Shown one piece after another: positions 24,370-32,076 of a stretch of DNA of 35,102 nucleotides. The notes below the pieces were generated by a model. The model saw only the letters and a list, made by a program, of their open reading frames with translations, was not told the DNA's origin and did no database searches. The stretch is taken from positions 1-35,102 of the forward strand of contig JBBTYX010000007.1 of NCBI GenBank assembly GCA_038078515.1, in the 5' to 3' direction. Source of the stretch: Patescibacteria group bacterium (GTDB lineage: Bacteria; Patescibacteriota; Minisyncoccia; 2-01-FULL-47-10; JBBTYX01). Position numbers and translations under genes: made by a program. Every line of letters begins with the position of its first letter. The first letter of the stretch is position 1.

Positions 24370-24410
24370 TTACATTCGGTAATAATCGGTAACCGAGTTA
24401 CCGAATGTAA
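24370..24410. repeat. Palindromic element copy 7 (20/21 core at 24385-24405, centre CGA) nested in a second 13-bp inverted repeat TTACATTCGGTAA/TTACCGAATGTAA. A degenerate copy follows at 24412-24429.
   Basis: Read directly from the sequence. It starts 14 nt after the stop codon of the Cys-rich gene. Confidence 0.85.
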
Positions 24411-24495
24411 AAGTAACAGAGTTATCAATTAAAAAACACGCCTGATAGGCGGAATAAAATAAAAAATAATACTAAAAATATTAAATTAATAAATT

Positions 24496-24939
24496 ATGAA
24501 ATTATCTAAATTTATCTATAAAATATATGCTCCTAAAATAGCGCTTGCTCATTGCGATATTCCTTGCGGTATTTATACAATTGAGCCAGCTATAACAGCT
24601 GCGAAAACAGTAATAAAAATGACGCAAAAATTAAAGGACTTAAATCCTCCTAAAAACAATGAAAACAAGCAAGAAGTATTGGAATTTTTAACATCTGTAA
24701 GTCGTTTTACAGCAACAAAAGAAGAACACGCGCAAAAATGCAAGCAGGAATTATTAATTTTATGGACTGATTTTTTTAAAGAACATCACTTAAATATGTT
24801 TCCTGATTTGCATAATATTTTTTGGAAAGCGACAAAACTTTGTTCTAAAGTAAAACAAGAAGTTTCATTAGAAAACGCGAGAGAATTAGAGAAAATTGTA
24901 AATGAAATAGCAGAAATATTCCACAAAGCAAATAATTAA
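24496..24939 (+). CDS. sodN: Nickel superoxide dismutase precursor
   Basis: The Ni-hook HCDIPCGIY (consensus HCxxPCGxY) is preceded by an 18-aa pro-peptide MKLSKFIYKIYAPKIALA. Total length is about 147 aa, as in NiSOD precursors. Confidence 0.85.
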   Translation: MKLSKFIYKIYAPKIALAHCDIPCGIYTIEPAITAAKTVIKMTQKLKDLNPPKNNENKQEVLEFLTSVSRFTATKEEHAQKCKQELLILWTDFFKEHHLNMFPDLHNIFWKATKLCSKVKQEVSLENARELEKIVNEIAEIFHKANN

Positions 24940-24985
24940 TTATAACTTTTTAGCTTTAAAAACTTTTTAACTTTCAAATAATATA

Positions 24986-26158
24986 ATGTTTAATAAAAAA
25001 AACTTATTTATAATATTGCCTATAATTTTAGTTGCATTTTTTTACAGCGGTTTTTATGTTGGCAGTAATTTAGATTATTTAGTGTCTAATCCAACTAATC
25101 CTGAATTTAAAAAATTAAAACAAGTACATAAAGAATTAACGCAAAATTATTTACGAAATAACGAGATTACTTTTGAAAAAGCGGAATACGGAGCTATTAA
25201 AGGATTAGTTGAATCTATAGATGATCCATATACTTATTTTATGGAACCAAGCGAAACAAAAGATTTTTTAGACTCTATAAATGGAAGTTTTGAAGGAATA
25301 GGAGCTGAAGTGGGTTTAAATGAAAACAAGCAAATAATTGTTATAACTCCTTTAGAAGGAACTCCTGCTAAAAAATCCGGGCTTTTACCGCAAGATATTA
25401 TAACAACGATTAACGAAATATCTACTACTGGAATGAGTTTAGAAAAGGCGGTAAGTTTAATAAAAGGCAAAAAAGGAACAGTGGTTACTTTAGCAGTTAT
25501 AAGAGGTGAAAAAAAAGAACTAATTAAAATTCCAATAACGCGAGGTTTGATAACCATTCCTGTTTTAGAATTAAATATTATAAAAAATAGCATCGCTCAT
25601 ATTAGACTATTTAATTTTAATGAAAACGCAAGCGAAGAATTTAATAAAGCAGTGCAACAAATACTATCTCTTGGCATTGATAAAATAATTTTAGATTTGC
25701 GTTATAACCCGGGAGGAATTTTGCAAGAAGCAGTTGAAATAGGTAGTTGGTTTATAGAAGAAGGCAAAATAATTGCATCTGAAGAACATGCTGACAAAAC
25801 ACTAACTTCGTATACCAGTCTTGGATCGGGTCAATTAGCAAATAGCGATTTAGTTGTTCTAATTAACAAAGGTTCGGCTTCAGCCTCAGAAATTTTAGCT
25901 GGAGCTTTATTTGACCATAAGAAAGCTCCTTTGGTAGGAGAAACAACTTTTGGCAAAGGAACGGTGCAAATATTAAAAAGTTTTGATGATGGCTCTACGC
26001 TTCGCGTAACAGTGTCTAAATGGTTATTGCCAAAAGGAATATCTATTGATGAAGAAGGAATTAAGCCTACTGTTTTAATAAAAATGGATACATCTAAAGA
26101 AAATGACGACAAAGACATACAGCTTCAAAAAGCAATTGAAATACTTGAAAAAAGATAG
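24986..26158 (+). CDS. S41 carboxy-terminal processing peptidase (Ctp/Prc family) with PDZ domain
   Basis: An N-terminal TM/signal anchor is followed by FEGIGAEVG, a PDZ domain (GTPAKKSGLLPQDIITTINE), the catalytic serine block INKGSASASEILAGAL, and GETTFGKGTVQ. Confidence 0.85.
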   Translation: MFNKKNLFIILPIILVAFFYSGFYVGSNLDYLVSNPTNPEFKKLKQVHKELTQNYLRNNEITFEKAEYGAIKGLVESIDDPYTYFMEPSETKDFLDSINGSFEGIGAEVGLNENKQIIVITPLEGTPAKKSGLLPQDIITTINEISTTGMSLEKAVSLIKGKKGTVVTLAVIRGEKKELIKIPITRGLITIPVLELNIIKNSIAHIRLFNFNENASEEFNKAVQQILSLGIDKIILDLRYNPGGILQEAVEIGSWFIEEGKIIASEEHADKTLTSYTSLGSGQLANSDLVVLINKGSASASEILAGALFDHKKAPLVGETTFGKGTVQILKSFDDGSTLRVTVSKWLLPKGISIDEEGIKPTVLIKMDTSKENDDKDIQLQKAIEILEKR

Positions 26159-26166
26159 AAAATCGC

Positions 26167-26195
26167 TTGACTCGCAACAACAACTATGATATAAA
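26167..26195 (+). promoter_or_regulatory. Putative promoter TTGACT-N17-TATAAA upstream of rplI; predicted 5' UTR of only about 4-5 nt
   Basis: TTGACT at 26167-26172, TATAAA at 26190-26195, ATG at 26207, no SD. Confidence 0.4.
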
Positions 26196-26206
26196 AGAAT
26201 ATCTAT

Positions 26207-26737
26207 ATGAAAATTATTCTACAAAAAGATGTTCCCAATGTAGGACAGATAGGCAAAGTAATAGAAGTTAAATTCGGTTTTGGCAAAAATTGGCTAATTC
26301 CACAGGGTTTAGCTATTTTAGCTACGACTTCTTTATTAAAACAAATTGAAGATAAACAAAACAAATTTAAAAAAGAACATGAAGAAACATTAAAGCAATG
26401 GAATCTTAATATAGAAAAGCTTAAAAAATCAGCTCTTGTAATTAAAGCTAAAGTTACTGAAAAAGATAACTTATATTCTCATATTACCGCTAAAAATATT
26501 AAAGATGAATTAAAAAAACAATGCAAAATAGAAATAAGCGAAAAACAAATAAAAATACCAAATGAAATTAAGCACATTGGCGAACACAAAGCAATAATAG
26601 AACTAACCCCGGAATTAACTCAAGAGTTAAATGTAAAAATAGAAGCTATAAAAAATAAAACAAAAGATAAAAAAATATCAGTTAAAAAACCAACTATTCG
26701 TAAAAAAACCGTAAAAAAAACAATTAAAAAAGAATAA
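26207..26737 (+). CDS. rplI: 50S ribosomal protein L9 with a Lys-rich C-terminal extension
   Basis: MKIILQKDVPNVGQIGKVIEVKFGFGKNWLIPQGLA is the L9 N-domain signature. About 28 extra basic residues sit at the C-terminus. Confidence 0.9.
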   Translation: MKIILQKDVPNVGQIGKVIEVKFGFGKNWLIPQGLAILATTSLLKQIEDKQNKFKKEHEETLKQWNLNIEKLKKSALVIKAKVTEKDNLYSHITAKNIKDELKKQCKIEISEKQIKIPNEIKHIGEHKAIIELTPELTQELNVKIEAIKNKTKDKKISVKKPTIRKKTVKKTIKKE

Positions 26738-26780
26738 ATCATAAGAGATAAATTCTCTTAAAAATATACCGCACAAAATA

Positions 26781-27236
26781 TCACACCAAAATTAAAATCA
26801 ACGTCAGAGGTATTTCAAAATTATCTCTAACGCCACACCAGAGAATACAGTAAAATGCCTTTTCTGGAGTGAAGTATTTATTATTAAAAGCCTTGCTTAA
26901 AGCAAGGCTTTTTAAAAAAAGTTCAAAATAAAAACAATTAGAATAAACTTCATGCGTAGATAATTTGTTTTCATTATTAAAAGATTCTAACTCAATATAA
27001 TAAATATTATTTTCTTCAAATAATTTTGTTACTTTTACTACTAAATAAGGATAATCATCACTAAAATCAATAGTAATAAAATCTTCTCCAATCTCATTTT
27101 CTAAACGTCTAAAATAACATTCTCCTAACACCATATGTGCATCTGCTTTTATCTTAGTTAATTTATATTTAACTAACATACTTTTTATAAATTCGTAATT
27201 TACAATTCTTACTCCCTTATAAATTATTTTTTTCAT
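26781..27236 (-). CDS. Hypothetical protein (151 aa), no recognisable family
   Basis: An intact ORF preceded by a strong SD (AAAGGAGA, 6 nt before the ATG), which is rare in this window. The region is very AT-rich. Confidence 0.5.
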   Translation of the reverse strand: MKKIIYKGVRIVNYEFIKSMLVKYKLTKIKADAHMVLGECYFRRLENEIGEDFITIDFSDDYPYLVVKVTKLFEENNIYYIELESFNNENKLSTHEVYSNCFYFELFLKSLALSKAFNNKYFTPEKAFYCILWCGVRDNFEIPLTLILILV

Positions 27237-27287
27237 AAAAAATCTCCTTTAAAAACTTGTTTAGATTTTAAAATAACTAAAAGAACA

Positions 27288-27320
27288 AAAAACTATTCTT
27301 TACAAAAAAGAATAGTTTTT
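27288..27320 (-). terminator. Rho-independent terminator downstream of rpmA
   Basis: A perfect 14-bp stem AAAAACTATTCTTT/AAAGAATAGTTTTT with a 5-nt loop. On the minus strand it is followed by a T-rich run. Confidence 0.6.
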
Positions 27321-27459
27321 AAAAGCACAGTATTTAAATTTATATTTTATGTTATTTTAAAATTATAAAAATCAAAAACAACTCCTTTTTGTAAAGAAAT
27401 CAGATTATTTTGCCATTGCCAAATTTTTTGATTTAATTTAATCATAAATTAAAAATTAT

Positions 27460-27732
27460 CTAAACAACATTTACCATTTTTGCTGTACGATATCCTCCGC
27501 TGAATAATTTTTTTCGGAAAGTTTTAAATTTAATAATACCTTCTTTCATTGCAAAAATAGTATCGTCTTTACCTAATTTAGTATTTTTACCAGGAACAAT
27601 TTTTGTTCCTCTTTGACGAACAATAATATTACCCGGGCTAACTTTTTGCCCGTCAAATAATTTAACGCCTAAATATTTAGGATTTGATGATCGTCCAAGT
27701 TTTGATGATGCTTTTCCCGCTCTATGTGCCAT
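27460..27732 (-). CDS. rpmA: 50S ribosomal protein L27
   Basis: MAHRAGKASSKLGRSSNPKYLGVKLFDGQKV..GNIIVRQRGTK is the L27 signature. Confidence 0.92.
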   Translation of the reverse strand: MAHRAGKASSKLGRSSNPKYLGVKLFDGQKVSPGNIIVRQRGTKIVPGKNTKLGKDDTIFAMKEGIIKFKTFRKKLFSGGYRTAKMVNVV

Positions 27733-27759
27733 ATGTTTATATTATTAAATGTATAAAAA

Positions 27760-28926
27760 TTATAATGCTTTTAATCGCAAACTTTTTGTTTCTCTTTTCA
27801 GTGTTTTTAATGCTTGAATTTCCGCTCTTATATCAAGCGGTAATTCGCCTAATACTTTATTTAACTTAGTTTGAGATAAGTTTAACACATCATTCCAGCG
27901 TTGTAAAGAAGTTAAAATGTTTTTTAATTTTTCTTCGTCATATTCATAGATTTCAATTAAACTGCGCGTAATACCTTTAGTTTTTTCTTTATTGTATATG
28001 CCCTCTATCTTTTCTTTGTCTAAATAATTATTAACGCGTTCTTGTAAATCTTTAATCTTATCTTCAATCTCTTTTTTATCTGCTTTTAATGCTTCAAATT
28101 CCTCTATTGCTTCGTCAACTTCTTGACTTTGTATCTTATGCTTTTCTTTTTGATTTATATTTTTAAAATAAGGGCAAATATCATTATATGGCTCGTATTT
28201 GCATAAATTAGAAGGCTTGGCAGGGAATTTATCCTCAATAATTGCTTTTTGAATTTCAGCTATATATCCTAATAATTTATCCCTTGTTTTATTTAACTCT
28301 TCTTTGGTTTTTTCAGTGGAAACTTTTTCGCCATGCCGTAAAAAATACAAACCTGCTTTTATCTTGCCTTGATATTTTTCTACTAACTCAGGCCATAGGG
28401 AATTAAGCCCGAGGTGATAAATTGAGAGCTGTAAATCCTGTTTTATCTCTTTCTTTGTTCGCATAGAATTACTGGTCTTATAATCAATCACTTCCAAAGA
28501 TCCGTCTGGCAACTTATCTATGCGGTCTATAATACCAGATAAAATATGATTTTCGCCATTTTTGCCTTGAAGCGGTATTTCAAAGCGCTTTTCTAAGGCA
28601 AGTATTTTTATCTTGCTAAAATCATTACTTTCATAATAATCTTTTATCATACGTAATCCTTCTTCATAGTGTTTTTCCGCGTCTATTTTAGTTTTAAAAT
28701 AACTTTCTAAATTATTTTTTTCCCAAGATCTTTCAAAAAAATGCATAGCCTGTGTTGGCGTAGGGAGGAGCAGAGAATCTTTATGTATAAACTCTAAAAC
28801 CTTATGCATTAAGCCTCCAAAACGAGCTGCCTTACCAGAAGGCAATCTATGCTTATCAATATATTGATACTTAAATATATACGGACAACGCAAAAACCAG
28901 TCTATTTGTGAATAAGAAAGTCTCAT
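27760..28926 (-). CDS. PD-(D/E)XK nuclease-family protein (RecB/Cas4-like fold) with a C-terminal coiled-coil extension
   Basis: The N-terminus is SYSQIDWFLRCPYIFKY...GGLMHKVLE. The catalytic core is GIIDRIDKL...LEVIDYKTS (D...(D/E)xK), followed by QLSIYHLGL and Cys residues CKYEPYNDICPYF. About 130 aa of K/E-rich coiled coil follow. Confidence 0.7.
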   Translation of the reverse strand: MRLSYSQIDWFLRCPYIFKYQYIDKHRLPSGKAARFGGLMHKVLEFIHKDSLLLPTPTQAMHFFERSWEKNNLESYFKTKIDAEKHYEEGLRMIKDYYESNDFSKIKILALEKRFEIPLQGKNGENHILSGIIDRIDKLPDGSLEVIDYKTSNSMRTKKEIKQDLQLSIYHLGLNSLWPELVEKYQGKIKAGLYFLRHGEKVSTEKTKEELNKTRDKLLGYIAEIQKAIIEDKFPAKPSNLCKYEPYNDICPYFKNINQKEKHKIQSQEVDEAIEEFEALKADKKEIEDKIKDLQERVNNYLDKEKIEGIYNKEKTKGITRSLIEIYEYDEEKLKNILTSLQRWNDVLNLSQTKLNKVLGELPLDIRAEIQALKTLKRETKSLRLKAL

Positions 28927-28975
28927 TATTTAATTATACACTAAGAAACGCTACTTGATAATAAAGGAGAAAAAA

Positions 28976-29086
28976 ATGGCTACAAAAAAATACCTGTTAA
29001 GAAATCAGTTAATTCTCAATGGGTATTATTTTTTGCAAAAAATAATATATTATGTTATTATTACAATAATTAATATTTATTATTAA
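28976..29086 (+). CDS. Candidate small ORF (36 aa, MATKKYLLRNQLILNGYYFLQKIIYYVIITIINIYY)
   Basis: AAAGGAGA lies 6 nt upstream of the ATG, and the C-terminal half is hydrophobic. The ORF is short and the DNA AT-rich, so it could be a chance ORF. Confidence 0.25.
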   Translation: MATKKYLLRNQLILNGYYFLQKIIYYVIITIINIYY

Positions 29087-29100
29087 AAACATAAACTAAT

Positions 29101-29790
29101 ATGATAACGCTAAATAAACTTTTTAAAAATTCTTGGCAAATATATACCAAACAATTTAAAACGCTTTTTTTAATAACCGCGCTTACTTTTTTACCAATAA
29201 TTATATTTCAAGATTTAATGGAATATTATTACGAAAATAACCTTAAAACAGGGGAATTTTCGGGAATAGGCTTAACATTAATAGCTTTAATAGTGCTTAC
29301 CTTATTTATAAGCTTTGCTGGAAAAGGAGCAATAATTAAAAGCATAGATAGTAATAAAGGAATTAGAAAATCACTTGAATTTGGATGGAATAACTTAATA
29401 TCAATTATTTGGGTTGATATTTTAACCTCTATATTTATTATTATAGGATTTATTCTATTTATTATTCCAGGCATTATGTTTTCTGTATGGTATGCTTTTG
29501 CTCTTATGGTATTATTATTAGACAATAAAAAAGGTTGGCAAGCGCTAAAACAAAGCAAGGAACTAACGCGAGGTAAGTGGCAAGGTATTTTTATAAGATT
29601 AATACTTATATATATTATTTTAATTGCTATAAATGTAGCGCTATCTACAATAAGCAACTTAGTGAGCGATAATAAAATTGTAATAAACGCGATATTCTAT
29701 GTGACAATGCTATTATTTACGCCATTTATATTTAGTTACACTTATGTAATTTACAAAAACTTGAAAGGAGGCACGCATAATGGAAAATAA
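29101..29790 (+). CDS. Polytopic membrane protein of unknown function
   Basis: Five or six hydrophobic segments are visible in the translation. I cannot name a family motif. Confidence 0.55.
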   Translation: MITLNKLFKNSWQIYTKQFKTLFLITALTFLPIIIFQDLMEYYYENNLKTGEFSGIGLTLIALIVLTLFISFAGKGAIIKSIDSNKGIRKSLEFGWNNLISIIWVDILTSIFIIIGFILFIIPGIMFSVWYAFALMVLLLDNKKGWQALKQSKELTRGKWQGIFIRLILIYIILIAINVALSTISNLVSDNKIVINAIFYVTMLLFTPFIFSYTYVIYKNLKGGTHNGK

Positions 29791-30595
29791 TTATAAAATA
29801 TTCTCTAAAAATAATCATTTTTTTAGCATTTTATCAATATCTTTAACTTTACTTATATTAAGTTTGTTTGTTTCTCAAATTTTTACTATTAAAAATAAAA
29901 TAAGGGACGGAATTTTAATAAATGGAAGCCCTGCGACAATTTCTGTAATAGGGGAGAGCGAATTATTTGCTACTCCTAATATAGCTAAAATTTCGCTTTC
30001 TGTATTAACAGAAGAAAAAACAGTAGAAAAAGCAACAAAGAAAAATAATGAAAAAATGAATAGTATTATAAAATTTATTAAATCGCAAAATATACAAGAC
30101 AAAGATATAAAAACAGTAAATTATTATGTTAATCCTCGCTATGAATACAGGGATAACAATGAAACAAGTATATTTCCTCCGAAATCATCAACTCGTATTT
30201 TAATTGGATATGAAATAACGCAAACATTAGAAGTTAAAATAAGAAATTTAGATAATTCAGGCGCTATAATAGAAGGAGCAATATCGCTCGGAACTAATCA
30301 AGTAGGCGATTTACAATTTATTTTTGACGACGAAACAATATTAAAAGACAAAGCAAAAAATGAAGCTATAAAAAACGCTCAAGAAAAAGCTAAAATATTA
30401 GCAAATCAATTAGGCGTAAAACTAACGCGCATAATTGATTATAATGACCAAAGTAGTCCAATATACACTAAAAGGTTGGAGCTTGAATCAGTGGCTTATG
30501 GAATAGGCGAAAAAGATAATATAGCGGCTCCAAGTATTGAACCAGGGGAAAATAAAATAACTTCGCGCGTAATTATTACTTATGAAATACGTTAA
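29780..30595 (+). CDS. SIMPL/DUF541-domain protein (periplasmic or secreted, membrane-anchored)
   Basis: An N-terminal TM is followed by ISVIGESELFATPNIAKISLSV, ...GYEITQTLEVKIRNLD..., and AKNEAIKNAQEKAKILANQLGVKL, which is typical of SIMPL. It overlaps the upstream gene by 11 nt. Confidence 0.75.
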   Translation: MENNYKIFSKNNHFFSILSISLTLLILSLFVSQIFTIKNKIRDGILINGSPATISVIGESELFATPNIAKISLSVLTEEKTVEKATKKNNEKMNSIIKFIKSQNIQDKDIKTVNYYVNPRYEYRDNNETSIFPPKSSTRILIGYEITQTLEVKIRNLDNSGAIIEGAISLGTNQVGDLQFIFDDETILKDKAKNEAIKNAQEKAKILANQLGVKLTRIIDYNDQSSPIYTKRLELESVAYGIGEKDNIAAPSIEPGENKITSRVIITYEIR

Positions 30596-30613
30596 AAGAG
30601 TATAGAATAACAA

Positions 30614-30641
30614 AAAAACAGAGTGTAAAAACTCTGTTTTT
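30614..30641. terminator. Bidirectional rho-independent terminator between the convergent SIMPL and M23 genes
   Basis: An 11-bp stem AAAAACAGAGT/ACTCTGTTTTT with loop GTAAAA. A-runs and T-runs flank it on both sides. Confidence 0.55.
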
Positions 30642-30771
30642 GATTATATTTAAAATAAGAAAAGAGAAGTAAGATTATTATATAATATTATACGGAAATT
30701 TTTATTTCATAATAATTTCGCATAATATACATTGTGCGAAGTAATTATTTAAATTCTAGTGATTTTAATTT

Positions 30772-32076
30772 CTATAAGTAATGCAATGGGTTTAAAGTGC
30801 CTTCATAATTATAACCTGGATAACCTTTTGGAACTAAGAAAAATTCTTTATAAATAGAGAAATGTAAGTGCGGGCCAGTAACATTGCCAGATGATCCAAC
30901 TCTTCCTATTTTATCTTTTGCTTCTACTCTATCGCCTATTTTGATTGAAGACAAAACAGATGTTAAGTGCGTGTATAGCGTAACTAACTCATTAGGATGT
31001 TTTATGGCTATCCAATTACCCCAGCCGCCCTGACAACTAAAATCGCCTAAATTGTAACCAATATTATTATTGCATTCATTATTATTTTTCCCAATCACTT
31101 CTCCTTCAGCTGCCGCGTAAACATTATCACCAACTCCAGCGCCTATATCAATACCATTATGAAAAGCGTATCCTCCTTTTCCTGATCTAGCAAAAGATGT
31201 TTCTCCAAATCCCTGAGTAGTAAAAAGGTTATCAGTAGGCCAAATAAATATTTTAACTCCCTGCGGAGGAATTTTTCCAGCTTCCACATATAACTTAAAT
31301 GTTTTTAATCTTTTAACCTCGTCTTCAATTCTTAAAATATCGTTTATTAAAGCTGTTCTTTGTTTTTGCGTATTATTTAACATTGATTGAAATTCTTTTT
31401 TCTCAGATTCACTTTTAGATAAAAGATTTTTTTTATAGCTTTTTTGATTATTAAGAACATTTTCTTGTATTTCTTGCTTATTTTTTAATTCAGCTAATTC
31501 TATAAGCTCACTATTTTTATTTTCTTTTTTTCTCTCTAAATCTTTATATAATATTCCCAACTGGTCAATAGAATCATTTAATTTGTTTTGAAAGCTTTGC
31601 AAATACTGTTGCGATGCCCAAAAACCCTCAAAATTACCAGTAAGCATTGTTTCTAAAAAAGTAATCTTATCTGTTTTATACATGCTTTTTAAAACCTCTC
31701 CTGTATTGTCTTTTTTTTCTTTAATATTATCAATAGCGCTTAAAATAGCTATTTCTATACGTTCTATTTCAATATCAGTTAAATAAATATTATTATTAGT
31801 CTGCGCTATATCGCTCTCAGCGCTTTTTATTTGCGATGATAAATAATTAACTTCAGATTGAAAAGAATCTACTTCCTGCGCTTTTTCATTAACTAAAATT
31901 CTATATTGATTAGATTTTTCCTGAAGTTCTTTATCTTTTTGTTTAAGTTCATCTAACTGATTCTCTAAATACGAAACATTTGCAGCATTAACTGGGATAG
32001 CAACAAACAAAACAGCAACAATAATTAAAAATACTTTTAACATAAATAATATATTAAACTTTATCAATTGCTTCAT
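30772..32076 (-). CDS. M23-family peptidoglycan metalloendopeptidase with an N-terminal coiled coil (EnvC-like architecture)
   Basis: A signal peptide or anchor is followed by a long coiled coil. The M23 motifs are HNGIDIGAGVGDNVYAAAEGEV (HxxxD) and GSSGNVTGPHLHFSIY (HxH). An alternative start at 32043 (MLKVFLII...) would remove the 23-nt overlap with gltX. Confidence 0.85.
   Translation of the reverse strand: MKQLIKFNILFMLKVFLIIVAVLFVAIPVNAANVSYLENQLDELKQKDKELQEKSNQYRILVNEKAQEVDSFQSEVNYLSSQIKSAESDIAQTNNNIYLTDIEIERIEIAILSAIDNIKEKKDNTGEVLKSMYKTDKITFLETMLTGNFEGFWASQQYLQSFQNKLNDSIDQLGILYKDLERKKENKNSELIELAELKNKQEIQENVLNNQKSYKKNLLSKSESEKKEFQSMLNNTQKQRTALINDILRIEDEVKRLKTFKLYVEAGKIPPQGVKIFIWPTDNLFTTQGFGETSFARSGKGGYAFHNGIDIGAGVGDNVYAAAEGEVIGKNNNECNNNIGYNLGDFSCQGGWGNWIAIKHPNELVTLYTHLTSVLSSIKIGDRVEAKDKIGRVGSSGNVTGPHLHFSIYKEFFLVPKGYPGYNYEGTLNPLHYL

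Noticed and set aside
24986-26158. The S41 peptidase could be called the NiSOD maturation protease.
   Set aside because: S41 enzymes are C-terminal processing proteases, whereas NiSOD needs N-terminal cleavage. Adjacency alone is insufficient, so this is kept only as a question within the NiSOD finding.
30614-30641. The terminator contains AACAGAGTG, the same 9-mer as the centre of the priA hairpin at 17408-17440. This could suggest another family member.
   Set aside because: A single shared 9-mer in 35 kb of two-stranded AT-rich sequence is within chance expectation. The arms are unrelated.
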